Both the position numbers and the translations under genes were made by a program. Under the pieces are notes generated by a model, which saw nothing but the letters and a program-made list of their open reading frames with translations, searched no databases and was not told the origin of the DNA. A stretch of DNA of 24,942 nt from a virus. Taxonomy: Duplodnaviria; Caudoviricetes. Positions 23,751 to 24,942 of this stretch are shown piece after piece. The stretch lies in IMG/VR virus record IMGVR_UViG_3300011403_000033, positions 1 to 24,942 of that record, one strand, 5' to 3'. Positions within the stretch are counted from its first letter, which is position 1. Each line of letters begins with the position of its first letter.

Positions 23751-24296
23751 ATGAAAACAGGGCTTAATTGTAAGGTAGAAACAGTGTTTGACAGCGGGGA
23801 TCGTAGTTTTGACCCCTACAATATGAAGGGTGTGAAAATGAAGAGCGGACAGCGCTATAACAATCGGCAAGTGAACCTGGTCCAGCTTGAGTCACAGCAA
23901 GCAGCAGAGATGAAGCGGACCACCGTGGAGCCGATTAAGCTTAGAAACTTCGTTACAGGAAAGAAACAGCGCGTGATTAACGGTATGACATCCGATCAGT
24001 TGGAGCGCTGCGCGGACTTTTCTGATAAGGCTTACAACGGGCCTATCGCGCTGAGGGTTGATGATTTTCCAATGGAGTTCAAAATGGATGTGCGTCGAGC
24101 TTTGATGAAATTTGGCCCCTTACAAAGAGAGTTCCTGTTTAATGTTCTAGTCAGGGGTTTGTCCGTTGAATTTGCTAGTAAGCTTACACGCAAAACTCGG
24201 CACCATTGGGAAGTGTGGCTTGCTCGTTTTGCATTGCCGACGCTGCGGACTGCTTTGGCGGAATATGCACCGCAGGGGAAGTTGGTGCTCAAGTGA
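23751..24296 (+). CDS. Sigma70 region-4-like DNA-binding protein (possible late activator/sigma-like factor)
   Basis: AAGGAG RBS (alternative start 23838); C-terminal MDVRRALMKFGPLQREFL......GLSVE.AS.LTRKTR..W...L..AL..LR..L resembles ECF region 4. Confidence 0.55.
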   Translation: MKTGLNCKVETVFDSGDRSFDPYNMKGVKMKSGQRYNNRQVNLVQLESQQAAEMKRTTVEPIKLRNFVTGKKQRVINGMTSDQLERCADFSDKAYNGPIALRVDDFPMEFKMDVRRALMKFGPLQREFLFNVLVRGLSVEFASKLTRKTRHHWEVWLARFALPTLRTALAEYAPQGKLVLK

Positions 24297-24508
24297 AGGC
24301 TTTAAACTTTACAGAAGATTATCGTCAGTTGAACATCGACCACGAAGGCCGTGAATTCGGAGAGGGGGCACCCTTGCATTACCATGAGTGTATTTTTTGT
24401 GGTGCTGACCTTGAATGTGAAGCCGATGATAACTACGAGGGCGGTTCAACTGAGGATCATATCTGCAATGATTGCGATGAGGAAATAAATCATGGCATCC
24501 AAAACTGA
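24293..24508 (+). CDS. Small acidic Zn-finger protein
   Basis: GTG start overlapping the previous stop (GTGA); CIFC...C...CNDC. Confidence 0.6.
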   Translation: MKALNFTEDYRQLNIDHEGREFGEGAPLHYHECIFCGADLECEADDNYEGGSTEDHICNDCDEEINHGIQN

Positions 24509-24692
24509 TGTGATAGCTCGGGCCGAGGGGAAGATCAAACGCAAGTATTTTGGCTCTTGCGGACATGAGGTCTATCCGGTTCTTGTGTCTAGCATACAGG
24601 GATCTTCTCTCATGGGGTGGCACTGCGATTCCTGCGGGAAGCGAGTCAAAAAGGTGGCCTGGGTCACCGGGAAAGTGGGGGCAACACAATGA
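24492..24692 (+). CDS. Small basic Zn-ribbon protein
   Basis: GAGG RBS; CGH...WHCDSCGK. Confidence 0.65.
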   Translation: MASKTDVIARAEGKIKRKYFGSCGHEVYPVLVSSIQGSSLMGWHCDSCGKRVKKVAWVTGKVGATQ

Positions 24693-24898
24693 TGACGATT
24701 ACGCTTAATTTGCAAGACTGTAAAGACCTGTTCGAGGTTCTGGAGCGCAACTTGTCTTTTACGGCGGGGCTCAAGGCTTTTGCAAAGCGGTGTCCACTTA
24801 CGCATGATGCAGATCGTGATGCTAAAAGTCAGGCGGCTTTTGACCGGCTGTTTGAAAGGTATCACGAGATCCTTTGCAACGAGCTGGTGAGAATATAA
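24689..24898 (+). CDS. Hypothetical protein (69 aa)
   Basis: Start revised to ATG 24689 (ATGA overlap). Confidence 0.6.
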   Translation: MMTITLNLQDCKDLFEVLERNLSFTAGLKAFAKRCPLTHDADRDAKSQAAFDRLFERYHEILCNELVRI

Positions 24899-24942
24899 TG
24901 TTTTACGAGCACGAAAAGAAAGAACGCACCGAGGCATATCAC
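24898..24942 (+). CDS. Start of the next gene (partial)
   Basis: TAATG overlap; MFYEHEKKERTEAYH, open to the window end. Confidence 0.45.
   Translation, partial: MFYEHEKKERTEAYH

Overview
The window is a piece of a tailed dsDNA bacteriophage genome with podovirus-type organisation, or a prophage; no host genes or att site are visible. Positions 1-18307 (minus strand) form the late/virion operon, read right to left: HTH small-terminase candidate, several small genes, large terminase, P22-like portal, 3TM holin, alpha/beta hydrolase, scaffold, N4-gp56/DUF4043-type major capsid, two probable decoration proteins, two head-tail adaptor paralogues, T4-type lysozyme, a gp10-like tail/stabilisation protein and a truncated FN3-domain protein. 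Positions 18688-24942 (plus strand) form a divergent early region with sigma70-type promoters and many small genes, including a SAM-lyase/PII-like candidate, an Ogg2-like HhH glycosylase, a Cro-like HTH, a serine recombinase and a sigma region-4-like protein. The most striking feature is a compact cassette between the capsid-decoration genes and the adaptor genes (4548-7930). It encodes a methyltransferase fused to a Maf/DUF115 sialyltransferase-like domain, a NeuB nonulosonate synthase, a 28-aa membrane peptide and an SpsF-type cytidylyltransferase, and ends in a terminator. I infer a phage-encoded pathway that makes, activates, methylates and transfers a sialic-acid-like sugar, plausibly onto the virion itself. 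Other notable signals are a hairpin-dense ~220-nt non-coding region ahead of the scaffold/capsid genes, a G-run cluster upstream of terS, an origin-like repeat/palindrome element, a TAAGCTTA palindrome overlapping early promoters and genome-wide AAGCTT enrichment. All product calls come from motif recognition by eye; no database search was run.
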